From contig CAWAWS010000007.1 of the NCBI GenBank assembly GCA_963785725.1, forward strand, positions 192,001 through 256,000: 64,000 bases of DNA. Reading direction: 5' to 3'. The position numbers and the translations under genes were made by a program. Under the pieces are notes generated by a model, which searched no databases, was not told the DNA's origin, and saw only the letters and a program-made list of their open reading frames with translations. Positions within the stretch are counted from its first letter, which is position 1. Each line of letters starts with the position of its first letter. Of this stretch, positions 54,479-64,000 are shown in pieces. The DNA is from an uncultured delta proteobacterium (lineage in GTDB: Bacteria > Myxococcota_A > Polyangia > Palsa-1104).

Positions 54479-57400
54479 GTGTGGATCGTCAAGCTGGCGC
54501 TACGCCGGCCCTACACCTTCGTCGTCGCCTCGATGCTCATCGTGCTGCTCGGAGTCCTCACGATCCTGCGCATGCCCACGGACATCTTCCCCACGATCGA
54601 CATTCCGGTCATCGCGGTGTGCTGGGTCTACACCGGCATTTCGCCGGAGGAGATGGAAGAGCGCATCGTCAGTAACTACGAGCGCGCGCTGACGACGACG
54701 GTCAACGACATCGAGCATATCGAGAGCAACTCGCTCTCGGGCATCTCGGTCGTGAAGATCTATTTCCAGCCGGGCGCGAATATCGACGGAGCGACGGCGC
54801 AAGTCACGGCCATCTCGCAGGCGGTGTTGAAGCAGATGCCGCCCGGGATGACGCCGCCGCTCATCATGCAATACAGCGCGTCGAACGTGCCGGTCTTGCA
54901 AGCGTCGGTGTCGAGCGAGACGCTCGGCGAGCAGGCGCTGCTCGACCTGTCGATGAACTTCTTGCGCGGTGGTCTCGCCGTCGTGCAAGGCGCGCAGATT
55001 CCGTATCCGTTCGGCGGAAAACAGCGCATCGTCATGGTCGACATCGATCCTGACAAGCTCTACGCCTGGGGAATTTCGCCGCAGGATGTCTCCGACGCGA
55101 TCAGCGCGCAGAACCTCATCATCCCCGCGGGCACGGCCAAGATGGGCGACCGCGAATACGCCGTGCGCCTCAACAGCAGCCCCGATCTCGTCGAAGCCTT
55201 CAACGCGCTGCCGATCAAGACGGTGCGCGGCACGACCGTCTACATGCGCGACGTCGCGCACGTGCGCGACGGCTTCTCACCGCAGACGTCGATGGTCCAC
55301 GTCGACGGTAAGAAAGGCGTGCTCGTACCGATTCGGAAGTCCGGCGGCGCCTCGACGCTCGACATCGTGGCGCGCGTGCGCGCGGCGCTGCCGGGAATCT
55401 TGGCGACGTTGCCCAAAGAGTTCCAGCTGACGCTGCTCTTCGATCAGTCGGTGTTCGTGCGCGGCGCGGTCACCGGCGTCGTGCGTGAAGCGGCCATCGC
55501 CGCCGGCTTGACGGGACTTTTGATCCTCTTGTTCTTGGGCAGCTGGCGCTCGACGATCATCGTCCTCGTCTCGATCCCGCTGTCGATCTTGGTGTCGATC
55601 ATCATCCTCGGTTGGCTCGGGCAGACGATGAACACGATGACGCTGGGAGGGCTGGCGCTGGCCGTCGGCATCCTGGTCGACGACGCCACGGTCGAGATCG
55701 AGAACGTCCACCGCAACATCGGCATGCGCAAGACGTTGGTGCGCTCGATCCTCGACGGCGCGCAGCAGATCGCCGTGCCCGCGTTCGTGTCGACCACGTG
55801 TATCTGCATCGTCTTCGTGCCGGTCGTGTTCATCTCGGGCGCGGCCAAGTCGCTGTTCACGCCGCTGGCGATGAGCGTCGTCTTCGCCATGATGACGTCG
55901 TATCTGCTGTCGCGCACGATCGTGCCGACGATGATGAACTTCCTGCTCGTCAAAGAGGCGGCGTCGCATGACCAGCCGCCCAAGACGCGCTTCGAGCATT
56001 TTCACGTCGCCTTCAACCGCAAGTTCGCGCAGCTGCAGCGCGCGTACGGCACGCTCTTGGCCGGCGTGCTCGCCAATCGCCGCCTCTTCTTCGGCGGCTT
56101 CGGCGTGTTCGTCATCTTGTCGCTCGGGCTGCTCGGGCTCGTCGGGCGCGACTTCTTCCCGGCGACCGACGCCGGCCAGATCAAGCTGCACGTGCGCGCG
56201 CCGGCCGGGACGCGCATCGAAGAGACCGAGCGCATCTTCGCGTCGGTGGAGAATACGATTCGCCAGGACATTCCGGCGCACGACCTGGCCAACGTCATCG
56301 ACAACATCGGCTTGCCGATCTCGAGCATCAACACGGCGCTCGGCGATCCGTCGATGATCTCGTCGGCCGACGGCGAAATCCTCATCTCGCTCAAGGAAGA
56401 CCACCGGCCGACGGCCGAATACATTCGCAAGCTGCGCGCCGACTTGAAGAAGAGCTTTCCCTCGATCGGCTTCTTCTTCCTCGCCGCCGACATCTCGACG
56501 CAGGTGTTGAACTTCGGGCTCTCGGCGCCGATCGACATTCAGCTGGCGGGACCGCTGCCGAATCAGCCGGCGAACCAGGAGATCGGCAAGAAGCTGCGCG
56601 ATCAAGTGGCGCTCATTCCCGGCGCCGTCGACGTGCACTTGCATCAGGTGGTCGCGGCGCCGGAGCTGCACGTCAACGTCGACCGCGCGATGGCCGATCA
56701 GCTCGGCTTCTCGCAGCGCGACGTCGCCAACGACCTGTTGGTGACGTTGGCGTCGAGCACGCAGGTGCAGCCCAGCTTTTGGCTCGATACGAAGAAAGGC
56801 GTGCAATACAACGTCGCGGTGCAGACGCCGCAGTACCGGATCGACTCCATCCCGTCGTTTCAGCGCACGCCGATCACCAAGGGCACGACGAGCCAGCTGC
56901 TCGGCAACATGGCGACGATCGATCGCGGCGTCAGCCCCGCGAACATCACGCACTACAACGTCATGCGCACGGTCGACGTGCTCGCCAGCGTCGACGGCAC
57001 CGATCTCGGCACCGTCGCCGACAAGGTGCAGAAGCTCGTCGACGACATCAAGCCCAAGCTGCCGCGCGGCACGAGCATCCTCATTCGCGGCCAAGTGCAG
57101 AGCATGAACGCGTCGTTCCGCGGCCTCAGCCTCGGCATCGTCTTCGCCATCATCCTCGTCTATTTGCTGATGGTCGTGAACTTCCAGTCGTGGCTCGACC
57201 CGTTCATCATCCTGATGGCGCTTCCGGGCGCGCTCTCGGGCATCGCCTGGATGCTGTATTTGACCGGCACGACGCTCAGCGTGCCGTCGCTGATGGGCGC
57301 CATCATGTGCATCGGCGTCGCCACCGCCAACAGCATCTTGCTCATCACGTTCGCCAACGAGCAGCGCGAGCTCGGCTACGACGCGCACGACGCCGCGCTC

Positions 57401-57712
57401 TTGGCTGGCATGACGCGCCTGCGGCCGGTCATGATGACGGCGCTGGCGATGATCATCGGCATGCTGCCGATGTCGCTCGGTCTCGGCGAAGGCGGCGAGC
57501 AGAACGCGCCGCTCGGTCGCGCCGTCATCGGCGGTCTCGGCGTCGCCACCATCGCCACCTTGTTCTTCGTCCCGGCGGTCTACGCTTCGTTGCGCAAGAA
57601 GGCCGTCGTGCGCTCGGAGACGCAGCGCGAGCTCGACGAGGATGACGCCATCGAAGCCGCCGGCGGGCATCGCAAGCCGCCTTCCATCACCACTCCCGAG
57701 GTCGCCAAGTGA
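54479..57712 (+). CDS. RND efflux permease (AcrB/AcrD/AcrF family)
   Basis: DIFPTIDIPV, NTMTLGGLALAVGILVDDATVEIEN, RLRPVMMTALA. Confidence 0.97.
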   Translation: MWIVKLALRRPYTFVVASMLIVLLGVLTILRMPTDIFPTIDIPVIAVCWVYTGISPEEMEERIVSNYERALTTTVNDIEHIESNSLSGISVVKIYFQPGANIDGATAQVTAISQAVLKQMPPGMTPPLIMQYSASNVPVLQASVSSETLGEQALLDLSMNFLRGGLAVVQGAQIPYPFGGKQRIVMVDIDPDKLYAWGISPQDVSDAISAQNLIIPAGTAKMGDREYAVRLNSSPDLVEAFNALPIKTVRGTTVYMRDVAHVRDGFSPQTSMVHVDGKKGVLVPIRKSGGASTLDIVARVRAALPGILATLPKEFQLTLLFDQSVFVRGAVTGVVREAAIAAGLTGLLILLFLGSWRSTIIVLVSIPLSILVSIIILGWLGQTMNTMTLGGLALAVGILVDDATVEIENVHRNIGMRKTLVRSILDGAQQIAVPAFVSTTCICIVFVPVVFISGAAKSLFTPLAMSVVFAMMTSYLLSRTIVPTMMNFLLVKEAASHDQPPKTRFEHFHVAFNRKFAQLQRAYGTLLAGVLANRRLFFGGFGVFVILSLGLLGLVGRDFFPATDAGQIKLHVRAPAGTRIEETERIFASVENTIRQDIPAHDLANVIDNIGLPISSINTALGDPSMISSADGEILISLKEDHRPTAEYIRKLRADLKKSFPSIGFFFLAADISTQVLNFGLSAPIDIQLAGPLPNQPANQEIGKKLRDQVALIPGAVDVHLHQVVAAPELHVNVDRAMADQLGFSQRDVANDLLVTLASSTQVQPSFWLDTKKGVQYNVAVQTPQYRIDSIPSFQRTPITKGTTSQLLGNMATIDRGVSPANITHYNVMRTVDVLASVDGTDLGTVADKVQKLVDDIKPKLPRGTSILIRGQVQSMNASFRGLSLGIVFAIILVYLLMVVNFQSWLDPFIILMALPGALSGIAWMLYLTGTTLSVPSLMGAIMCIGVATANSILLITFANEQRELGYDAHDAALLAGMTRLRPVMMTALAMIIGMLPMSLGLGEGGEQNAPLGRAVIGGLGVATIATLFFVPAVYASLRKKAVVRSETQRELDEDDAIEAAGGHRKPPSITTPEVAK

Positions 57713-59016
57713 AGAGTTTGCCGAAGCAGGAAGCCGAGAGCGCCGAGCAGCCGTATCGCGCGCCCAAGAAGCCGGAAGCGCACGCGCACGCCGAAGAGAC
57801 GTTGGAGCTGCCGGCGGCGCCGAATCCGAAGCCGGGGACGTTGGCCAAGATCATCTTCGGCGTCATCGTGCTGGTGGCGATCGGCTTCGTCGCCGGTCTC
57901 TTGCCGAAGCTGCATCAGCGCGCGAGCTTGAACGAAGAGGCGGTCACGCTGGCGACGGAGAAGCTGCGCGTGCAAGTGGCGCATCCGAGGCAGTCGGACA
58001 AGCTGACCAAGACGACGCTGCCGGGCACGGTGAGCGCGCTGCGCGAAGCGGTCATTTATGCGCGCACGAGCGGCTATTTGAAGCAGCGCAACGTCGACAT
58101 CGGCGACAAGGTGAAGACGGGGCAGCTGTTGGCGCTGCTGGAGACGCCCGAAGTCGACGAGCAGCTCGGGCAGGCCAAGGCGACGCTGGAGCAGTCGAAG
58201 GCGGCGCGCGAGCAGGTCAAGACGAACCTCGAGTTCGCGCGCATCAGCTTGGAGCGCATTCGTCCGCTGACGCCGGCCGGCGTGGCGTCGCGGCAGGACT
58301 TGGATCAGCGCGAGGCCGCGCATCAGGCGGAGGAGGCGAACTTGCGCGCCGCCGACGCCGCCATCGCCGCCAATCAGGCCAACGTGCGCCGCTTGGTCGA
58401 GCTGCAGAACTTCTCGCACGTCGTGGCGCCGTTCGACGGCACGATCACGGCCCGCAACGTCGACGTGGGCGCGCTCATCACCGCCGGCAACGGCACGGGC
58501 CAGGCGCTGTTCACGCTGGCGGCGTCCGATCCGGTGCGCGTGTTCGTCTCGGTGCCGCAGAGCTTGTCGTCGACGATTCACGCCGGCGATCTGGCGACGC
58601 TGGAAGTGCGCGAGTTCCCCAACCGTAAATTCGCCGGCAAGATCACGCGCGACGCCGCCGCCATCGACGTTCGTTCGCGCACGCTGCTCACCGAAGTGCA
58701 GATTCCGAACAAAGACGGCGCGCTCTTGCCGGGCATGTACGCCAACGTGACGTTCGAGGCGACGCAGCCGCATCCGTCGCTGATGCTCGACGTCAGCACG
58801 CTCATTCAGACGGGCGACGGCACGCAGGTCGCGGTCGTCGGCAAGGACGGCACGCTGCACCTTGCGCCCATCGTCATCGAGCAGGATTTGGGCGCCAAGA
58901 TCGCCATCTCGAGCGGCGTCACCGCCGAGGATCGCGTGGTCCTCAACGCCAACGGCGACCTCCGCGAAGGCCTGGCCGTCGACGCCATTGACGCTCCGGT
59001 CGCTCCAGGTAAGTAA
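57709..59016 (+). CDS. RND periplasmic adaptor (MFP)
   Basis: IYARTSGYL..VDIGDKVK.GQLLA, VAPFDG.I, LLPGMY. Confidence 0.95.
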   Translation: MKSLPKQEAESAEQPYRAPKKPEAHAHAEETLELPAAPNPKPGTLAKIIFGVIVLVAIGFVAGLLPKLHQRASLNEEAVTLATEKLRVQVAHPRQSDKLTKTTLPGTVSALREAVIYARTSGYLKQRNVDIGDKVKTGQLLALLETPEVDEQLGQAKATLEQSKAAREQVKTNLEFARISLERIRPLTPAGVASRQDLDQREAAHQAEEANLRAADAAIAANQANVRRLVELQNFSHVVAPFDGTITARNVDVGALITAGNGTGQALFTLAASDPVRVFVSVPQSLSSTIHAGDLATLEVREFPNRKFAGKITRDAAAIDVRSRTLLTEVQIPNKDGALLPGMYANVTFEATQPHPSLMLDVSTLIQTGDGTQVAVVGKDGTLHLAPIVIEQDLGAKIAISSGVTAEDRVVLNANGDLREGLAVDAIDAPVAPGK

Positions 59017-59019
59017 CCC

Positions 59020-60348
59020 ATGCGCACAGCTTCGTTCTCTTTAGTCCTGGTGCTCGTCGGCGCTACGACGAGCCATGCCGCCGACAACACCACCATTCCC
59101 GCCGTGACCTCCACCGACACGACGGTTCCGCCGGTGCCCACCGACGCGCCCGAGCGCGTCTCGTTCGACGTCGCCGTGCAGCGGGCGCTGGCGCGCAACC
59201 CGCAGGTGCTCATCGCGCAGGCGGAGGTCAAGCGCGCCTGGTCGCTGCTGGAAGAGGCGCGCGCGCCGTCGCTGCCGAGCCTGTCGGCGCTCGGCTATTA
59301 CCAGCGCATCGAGGGCAACCGCGGCGCGTCGGGCGTCACCGTCTTGCACGACAACGAGCTCTACGGCGCGCTCAACGTGTCGATGGCGCTGCTGGCGCCG
59401 GCGCAGTGGGCCGCGTGGGCGCACTCGCGCGACAACGTCGAGGTCGCGCGCTTGTCGGCGGCCGACGTGCGCCGCAAGCTGGCCGTCGCCGTCGCGCATA
59501 CCTACCTGACGATCGTGGCGCAGCATCGCGTCATCGACGTGCAGGAGCGAGCGCGCGAGAACGCGCAGGCGCACCTCGATTACACGCACGCGCGGTTCGT
59601 CGGTGGCGTCGGCCCGCAGCTCGACGAGACGCGCGCCGCGCAGGAGCTCGACGCCGACGTCTCGCAGCTCGAGGTCACCTACGGCCAGATCGTGCTGCAG
59701 CAAGAGGCGCTCGGCGTCTTGCTCGGCGTCAATCGCCCGGTCGACTCCGAGCTCGACGTGACGCTGGAGGCGCCGCCGCAGCTCGACGAGGCGCTCGGCG
59801 ATTCGCGCAAGTTGCGCACCGATCTGCGGCTGTCCGAGGAGCGGCTCGTGGCCAGCCAGCACCGCGTGCGCGACGACTACACCGACTATTTGCCGTCGAT
59901 CGTCGGCAGCTTCACGCCGTTCCTGTATACGCCGTCGACGACGTCGGAGCCGGGCAAAGGGTTCGTCGGTTTGTTGTCGTTGAACCTGCCGCTCTATGAC
60001 GGCGGGCTGCGTTACGGCCAGGCGCACGAGCGAGCGGCGTTGCGCGACGAGGCGCAGATCGATCACGAAGGCGTCGCGCGGCAGGTGGCGAGCGATGTGC
60101 GCGCGTCGTATGTCGAGCTGAACCGCGCGCTGCGATCGTTCGAGGCGGCGCGGTCGTCGGCGCGGCGGGCGCAGGCGGCGTTGGCGATGACGAATCAGGC
60201 GTACAAGGCGGGCGCGACGACGAATATCGAGGTCATCGACGCGGAGACGCGGGCGCGTGATGCGGATACGGCGGCGGCGCAGGCGGAGGATGCGGCGAGG
60301 CAGGCGACGATTGACCTGTTGGCGGCTAGCGGGAGGTTTCCGCGGTAG
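59020..60348 (+). CDS. TolC family outer-membrane factor
   Basis: ALARNP, LNLPLYDGG, YKAGATTNIEVIDAE. Confidence 0.93.
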   Translation: MRTASFSLVLVLVGATTSHAADNTTIPAVTSTDTTVPPVPTDAPERVSFDVAVQRALARNPQVLIAQAEVKRAWSLLEEARAPSLPSLSALGYYQRIEGNRGASGVTVLHDNELYGALNVSMALLAPAQWAAWAHSRDNVEVARLSAADVRRKLAVAVAHTYLTIVAQHRVIDVQERARENAQAHLDYTHARFVGGVGPQLDETRAAQELDADVSQLEVTYGQIVLQQEALGVLLGVNRPVDSELDVTLEAPPQLDEALGDSRKLRTDLRLSEERLVASQHRVRDDYTDYLPSIVGSFTPFLYTPSTTSEPGKGFVGLLSLNLPLYDGGLRYGQAHERAALRDEAQIDHEGVARQVASDVRASYVELNRALRSFEAARSSARRAQAALAMTNQAYKAGATTNIEVIDAETRARDADTAAAQAEDAARQATIDLLAASGRFPR

Positions 60349-60354
60349 GTGGTG

Positions 60355-60638
60355 TTGCGCTGCTCGCGCGGAGGCCAAGTCACGCGGGGCGGTGCGGTGG
60401 GCGCGGGTCCTGTCATCGCGAGCATCTTGTCCGTGCTCGTCTGCGCGCGCTGTTCTAGGCGGGCGGCGCTTTCGCTTCCGAGGTTGTGGTGTGAGGAGGG
60501 TGGTGCGTGATCGTGGGGCGCTCCGCCTGCGCGCGGACAAGAAGCTCGCGACGCCACCCGCGTGACGGGTCCGAGTCCCGCGTGGCTTGGCGGGGGTCTG
60601 TGGGGCAGACGATGACTGGCGGAACACGCCCCTGGACG
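60355..60638 (+). repeat. 284-bp structured repeat, copy 1
   Basis: Reverse complement of 61369-61652 with 8 mismatches (manual alignment). Confidence 0.95.
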
Positions 60639-60754
60639 AGCCCCTTTCGACGACTGGCGGGGCAGCCTTGGATGGCGGAACAGCCTTGGGCGAGCGGCGG
60701 AGCACGCTTGGGCGCGCGGTGGAGTTGGCTGGGTTGCGACGAGCGGCGGTCGCG

Positions 60755-61255
60755 TTAGGACAGTTGCTTGAGCATCGTGGCGGCGTCGGAGACTTCGAAC
60801 TTGTTGCCTTCTTCGATGTTCAGCTGCTTGACGATGCCGTCGTCGACGAGCAGGGAGAACCGCTTCATGCGCACGCCCATGCCGTGGCCGCTCAGGTCGA
60901 TGTCGAGGCCGAGCTTCTTGGCGAAGTCGGCGCTGCCGTCGCCGAGGAAGCGGACCTTGCCGATGCCCTTTTCGTCGCGACCCCAGGCGGCCATGACGAA
61001 GCCGTCATTGACCGAGACGCACCAGACTTCGTCGATGCCTTTGGCCTTGAGCGCGTCGCGTTCGGCGATGTAACCGGGGACATGCTTGGCCGAGCAGGTC
61101 GGCGTGTAGGCGCCGGGAAGCCCGAAGATGACGACGCGCTTGCCCTTGGTCGCCTCGGTGACCGACACCGGCTTCGGGCTCAACGGACAAGCCTCGCCAA
61201 ACTCGGTGGACTCGAACAACGTAGCCTCGGCAATCCGATCTCCCACTTTGATCAT
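60755..61255 (-). CDS. Peroxiredoxin (Prx5/redoxin family)
   Basis: FGLPGAYTPTCSAKHVPG, SVNDGFVMAAW; AAGGAG RBS. Confidence 0.95.
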   Translation of the reverse strand: MIKVGDRIAEATLFESTEFGEACPLSPKPVSVTEATKGKRVVIFGLPGAYTPTCSAKHVPGYIAERDALKAKGIDEVWCVSVNDGFVMAAWGRDEKGIGKVRFLGDGSADFAKKLGLDIDLSGHGMGVRMKRFSLLVDDGIVKQLNIEEGNKFEVSDAATMLKQLS

Positions 61256-61368
61256 TGGCTTCTCCTTGTGCCTTTCCATAAGTCATCCCCACGCCCCATA
61301 TCCACCTGATTCTTCCAAATCCGTGCGCAGCGCGCCGTTCCTCGCCAACGCGTGCGTTTCCTGTCACG

Positions 61369-61652
61369 CGTCCAGGGGCGCGTTCTGCCAGTCATCGTCT
61401 GCCCCACAGACCCCCGCCAAGCCACGCGGGACTCGGACCCATCCCGCGGGTGGCGTCGTGAGCTTCTTGTCCGCGCGCAGGCGGAGCGCCCCACGATCAC
61501 GCACCACCCTCCTCACACCACAACCTCAGAAGCGAAAGCGCCACCCGCCTAGAACAGCGCGCGCAGACGAGCACGGACAAGATGCTCGCGATGACAGGAC
61601 CCGCGCCCACCGCACCACCCCGCGTGACTTGGCCTCCGCGCGAGCAGCGCAA
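61369..61652 (-). repeat. 284-bp structured repeat, copy 2 (inverted)
   Basis: See copy 1; outer 14 bp (cgcgagcagcgcaa) duplicated at 61656-61669. Confidence 0.95.
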
Positions 61653-61675
61653 ACTCGCGAGCAGCGCAACCCCGC

Positions 61676-62839
61676 CTACTCGAACGCCGCCAACCCCGTA
61701 ATGTCCTGCCCCACGATCAACGTGTGAATATGATCGGTGCCTTCGTACGTGAACACCGACTCCAAATTACACATATGGCGTCCCGACTGATACTCGTCGG
61801 TGACGCCGTTGGCGCCCAACAGATCGCGCGCATCCCGCGCCACGTTGCGCGCCATCTTCACGTTGTTGCGCTTGGCCAACGAGACCTGCTGCGGCCGCGC
61901 CTTGTGCGACTCCTTCAGCTTCCCCAACCGCCACGACAGCAGCTGCGCCTTGGTGATCTCCTGCACCATATTGACGAGCTTGTCCTGCACCAGCTGGTAA
62001 CCGGCGATGGGCCGTTTGAACTGCACGCGGTCCTTCGTGTATCGGAGCGCCTCGTCGTAACACGCCATCGCCGCGCCAATTGCGCCCCAGGAAATGCCGT
62101 AGCGCGCCTGGCTCAAGCATGACAACGGGCCCTTCAACCCGGTGACGCCGGGCAGGAAGCTGTCGAGCGGCACCGCGCAGTCTTCCATGATGAGCTCGCT
62201 CGTCACCGAGGCGCGCAGGCTGAACTTGCCCTCGATGTCGCGCGTCGAGAAGCCGGGCGTGCCGCGCTCGACGAGAAAGCCGCGCACGCCGTCGTCCGTG
62301 CGCGCCCACACGAGCGCCACGTCGGCCAAGCCGCCCGAGGTAATCCAACGCTTTTCGCCGTTGAGCACCCACTTGTCGCCGACGCGCTTGGCGTTGGTGC
62401 GCAAGTCGCTCGGGTTCGACCCGAAGTCGGGCTCGGTCAGGCCGAAGCAGCCGATGGCTTCACCGCGCGCCATCTTGGGCAGCCAGCGGTCCTTCTGCGC
62501 GTCCGAGCCGTAGGCGTGGATCGGATACATGACCAGCGAGCTCTGCACCGACGCGAAGCTGCGAAAGCCCGAGTCACAGCGCTCGAGCTCCTGGTTGATG
62601 AGGCCATACGCGATCGGCCCCAAGCCCGCGCAGCCGTAGCCTTCCAAGGACGCGCCGAGCGCGCCCATCTCGCCGAGGCGACGCGGCAGCTCCTTCGGAA
62701 ACGTGCCGGCGCGGAAGTGTTTGGCGACGATGGGCATGAGCTCGTCGTCGACGAAGCGGCGGAAGGTGTCGCGCACCAGGCGCTCGTCGTCGGTGAGCAG
62801 CTCGTCGAGCGCGAAATAATCGAGTCCGGAAAACGGCAT
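61676..62839 (-). CDS. Acyl-CoA dehydrogenase (glutaryl-CoA dehydrogenase-like)
   Basis: SVQSSLVMYPI, GCFGLTEPDFGS, ARDLLGANG, TYEGT. Confidence 0.93.
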   Translation of the reverse strand: MPFSGLDYFALDELLTDDERLVRDTFRRFVDDELMPIVAKHFRAGTFPKELPRRLGEMGALGASLEGYGCAGLGPIAYGLINQELERCDSGFRSFASVQSSLVMYPIHAYGSDAQKDRWLPKMARGEAIGCFGLTEPDFGSNPSDLRTNAKRVGDKWVLNGEKRWITSGGLADVALVWARTDDGVRGFLVERGTPGFSTRDIEGKFSLRASVTSELIMEDCAVPLDSFLPGVTGLKGPLSCLSQARYGISWGAIGAAMACYDEALRYTKDRVQFKRPIAGYQLVQDKLVNMVQEITKAQLLSWRLGKLKESHKARPQQVSLAKRNNVKMARNVARDARDLLGANGVTDEYQSGRHMCNLESVFTYEGTDHIHTLIVGQDITGLAAFE

Positions 62840-62869
62840 GCGATCTGCTTATCACATATACTTTCGAGC

Positions 62870-64000
62870 GTGCTTCGTCTCGTAGGTGTGATGGTGCTGG
62901 GCCTATGGATGGTGACGGCGGCGCTGTCGGCGTCGGCGGCGGCCAAGCCCAAGCCCAAGCCGGCGGCGGGCAAGCCGCGCTCGTCGGCGCCGACCGGCCG
63001 GCCAGCCGCGCCGGCGAGCGCGGTCGAGCGGCTCGGCCGCGGCTACAAGCTGTTCCTCGAGGGTGAATACGAAGCCGCGGTGCGCGAGCTCAAGCCCATC
63101 GATCCCAAGTCGATGCACGCGCCCGACTACGTCTTGTATCTGCTGGCGACGTCCGAGCTGCTCACGGGCGAGCCCAAAGCGGCGCGCGCGCACTTTGCGC
63201 AGCTGGCGCTGTTGCCGTCGCGCTTCACCGTGCTGGCGCGGTGGCGCATGGCCGATTGCGACTGGGACGCGGGCGACTTCGAGACGGCGCGCAAAGAGTA
63301 CGAAGCGGCGCTGCCGTCGGCGAACGACCTGGTCGATCCGGCGTTGGCGCGCTTCCGCATCGCCGAGGCGTTGGCCAAGAAAGGTCAGACGGCGGCGGCG
63401 CTGGCGATGTATCGCAAGGTCTACGTCGGTGAGCCGCTGCATCCGCTGGCGGACGTGGCGATGACGCGCCTCACCGACGGCAAAGCGGCGCCGATCACGC
63501 CCGAAGAGCGCATCGCGCGCGCCAAGAGCATGACCGCCGATCGCGCCTGGCCGCGCGCGCTCGAGGAGCTGGCGCTCGTGCCCGCCGACGTGCCGCAAGC
63601 GACGCGCGACGAAGCCGACTACTGGTTCGGCATGACCAAGTTCAAGATGCGCCGCGACTACGACCAAGCGGCGCAGAAGCTGCTCGGCCTGTGGCAGCGC
63701 CTGCCCGGCGACGAGCGCAAAGCCGACGCGCTCTTTCACGGCGCGCGCGCCTGGTCCCGCGCCGACCGCGACGACGAAGGCCAAAAGGGCTACCGCGAGC
63801 TGGTCGCGCGCTTCCCGCGCTCGAAGTCGGCGGCCGAGGCGTCGTTCTTGATCGGCTGGCTCGACTTCAACCGCGGCAAATACAAAGAGGCGATCCCCGA
63901 GCTCGAAGAGACGCTGAAGCGCTACGGCTCGTCGCAGTTCAACGATGATTCGCGCTGGTATCTCGGCTTTTCGCGCTGGCTGTCGGGCGACGTCAAAGGC
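62870..64000 (+). CDS. Partial exported TPR-repeat protein (possibly the N-terminus of an Slt-type lytic transglycosylase)
   Basis: Open frame from GTG 62870 to the window end; signal peptide, helical TPR-like repeats; catalytic domain not visible. Confidence 0.7.
   Translation, partial: MLRLVGVMVLGLWMVTAALSASAAAKPKPKPAAGKPRSSAPTGRPAAPASAVERLGRGYKLFLEGEYEAAVRELKPIDPKSMHAPDYVLYLLATSELLTGEPKAARAHFAQLALLPSRFTVLARWRMADCDWDAGDFETARKEYEAALPSANDLVDPALARFRIAEALAKKGQTAAALAMYRKVYVGEPLHPLADVAMTRLTDGKAAPITPEERIARAKSMTADRAWPRALEELALVPADVPQATRDEADYWFGMTKFKMRRDYDQAAQKLLGLWQRLPGDERKADALFHGARAWSRADRDDEGQKGYRELVARFPRSKSAAEASFLIGWLDFNRGKYKEAIPELEETLKRYGSSQFNDDSRWYLGFSRWLSGDVKG

Noticed and set aside
60507..61500. 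Twin ORFs starting MIVGRSACARTRSSRRHP (60507-60758 +, 61252-61500 -)
   Set aside because: By-products of the repeat that diverge beyond it and have non-protein-like composition; an upstream GAGGAGG means translation cannot be fully excluded
60355..61652. Composite transposon or CRISPR interpretation of the long repeats
   Set aside because: No transposase, no flanking target-site duplication seen, and no repeat-spacer periodicity

Overview
High-GC bacterial chromosomal window. It is most consistent with a Myxococcota (Polyangia/Haliangium-like) organism, judging from a TIGR02266-type PilZ protein, a VegA-like Cys/His protein upstream of murA, many Cys-rich lipoproteins and a eukaryotic-like Ser/Thr kinase with TPR partners. 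It is mostly core genome: xseA, a leuB-like dehydrogenase, cysS, murI, murA, hisG, lipB, lpdA, a 2-oxoacid dehydrogenase operon, Rne/Rng, a thiD-like kinase, an RND efflux operon and an acyl-CoA dehydrogenase. I recognised no rRNA, tRNA, CRISPR array or transposase. Main observations: (1) two ~97%-identical 284-bp structured repeats in inverted orientation bracket a peroxiredoxin gene; (2) an ORF-free candidate sRNA at ~39337-39501 has a consensus sigma54 promoter, three hairpins and a terminator; (3) several further sigma54 promoters occur, two apparently leaderless, and a TANNNT-6/8nt-start pattern suggests widespread leaderless mRNAs; (4) an orphan FlhA/SctV export-gate gene lies divergent from a ClpX paralog lacking the zinc domain; (5) paralogous TPR membrane proteins are coupled to either a Ser/Thr kinase or a mosaic Cys-rich lipoprotein; (6) one operon carries two different E1-alpha genes; (7) rne/rng and a cNMP-binding gene each carry a single-base frameshift, probably sequencing error. 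All calls come from reading the sequence by eye; no searches were run.
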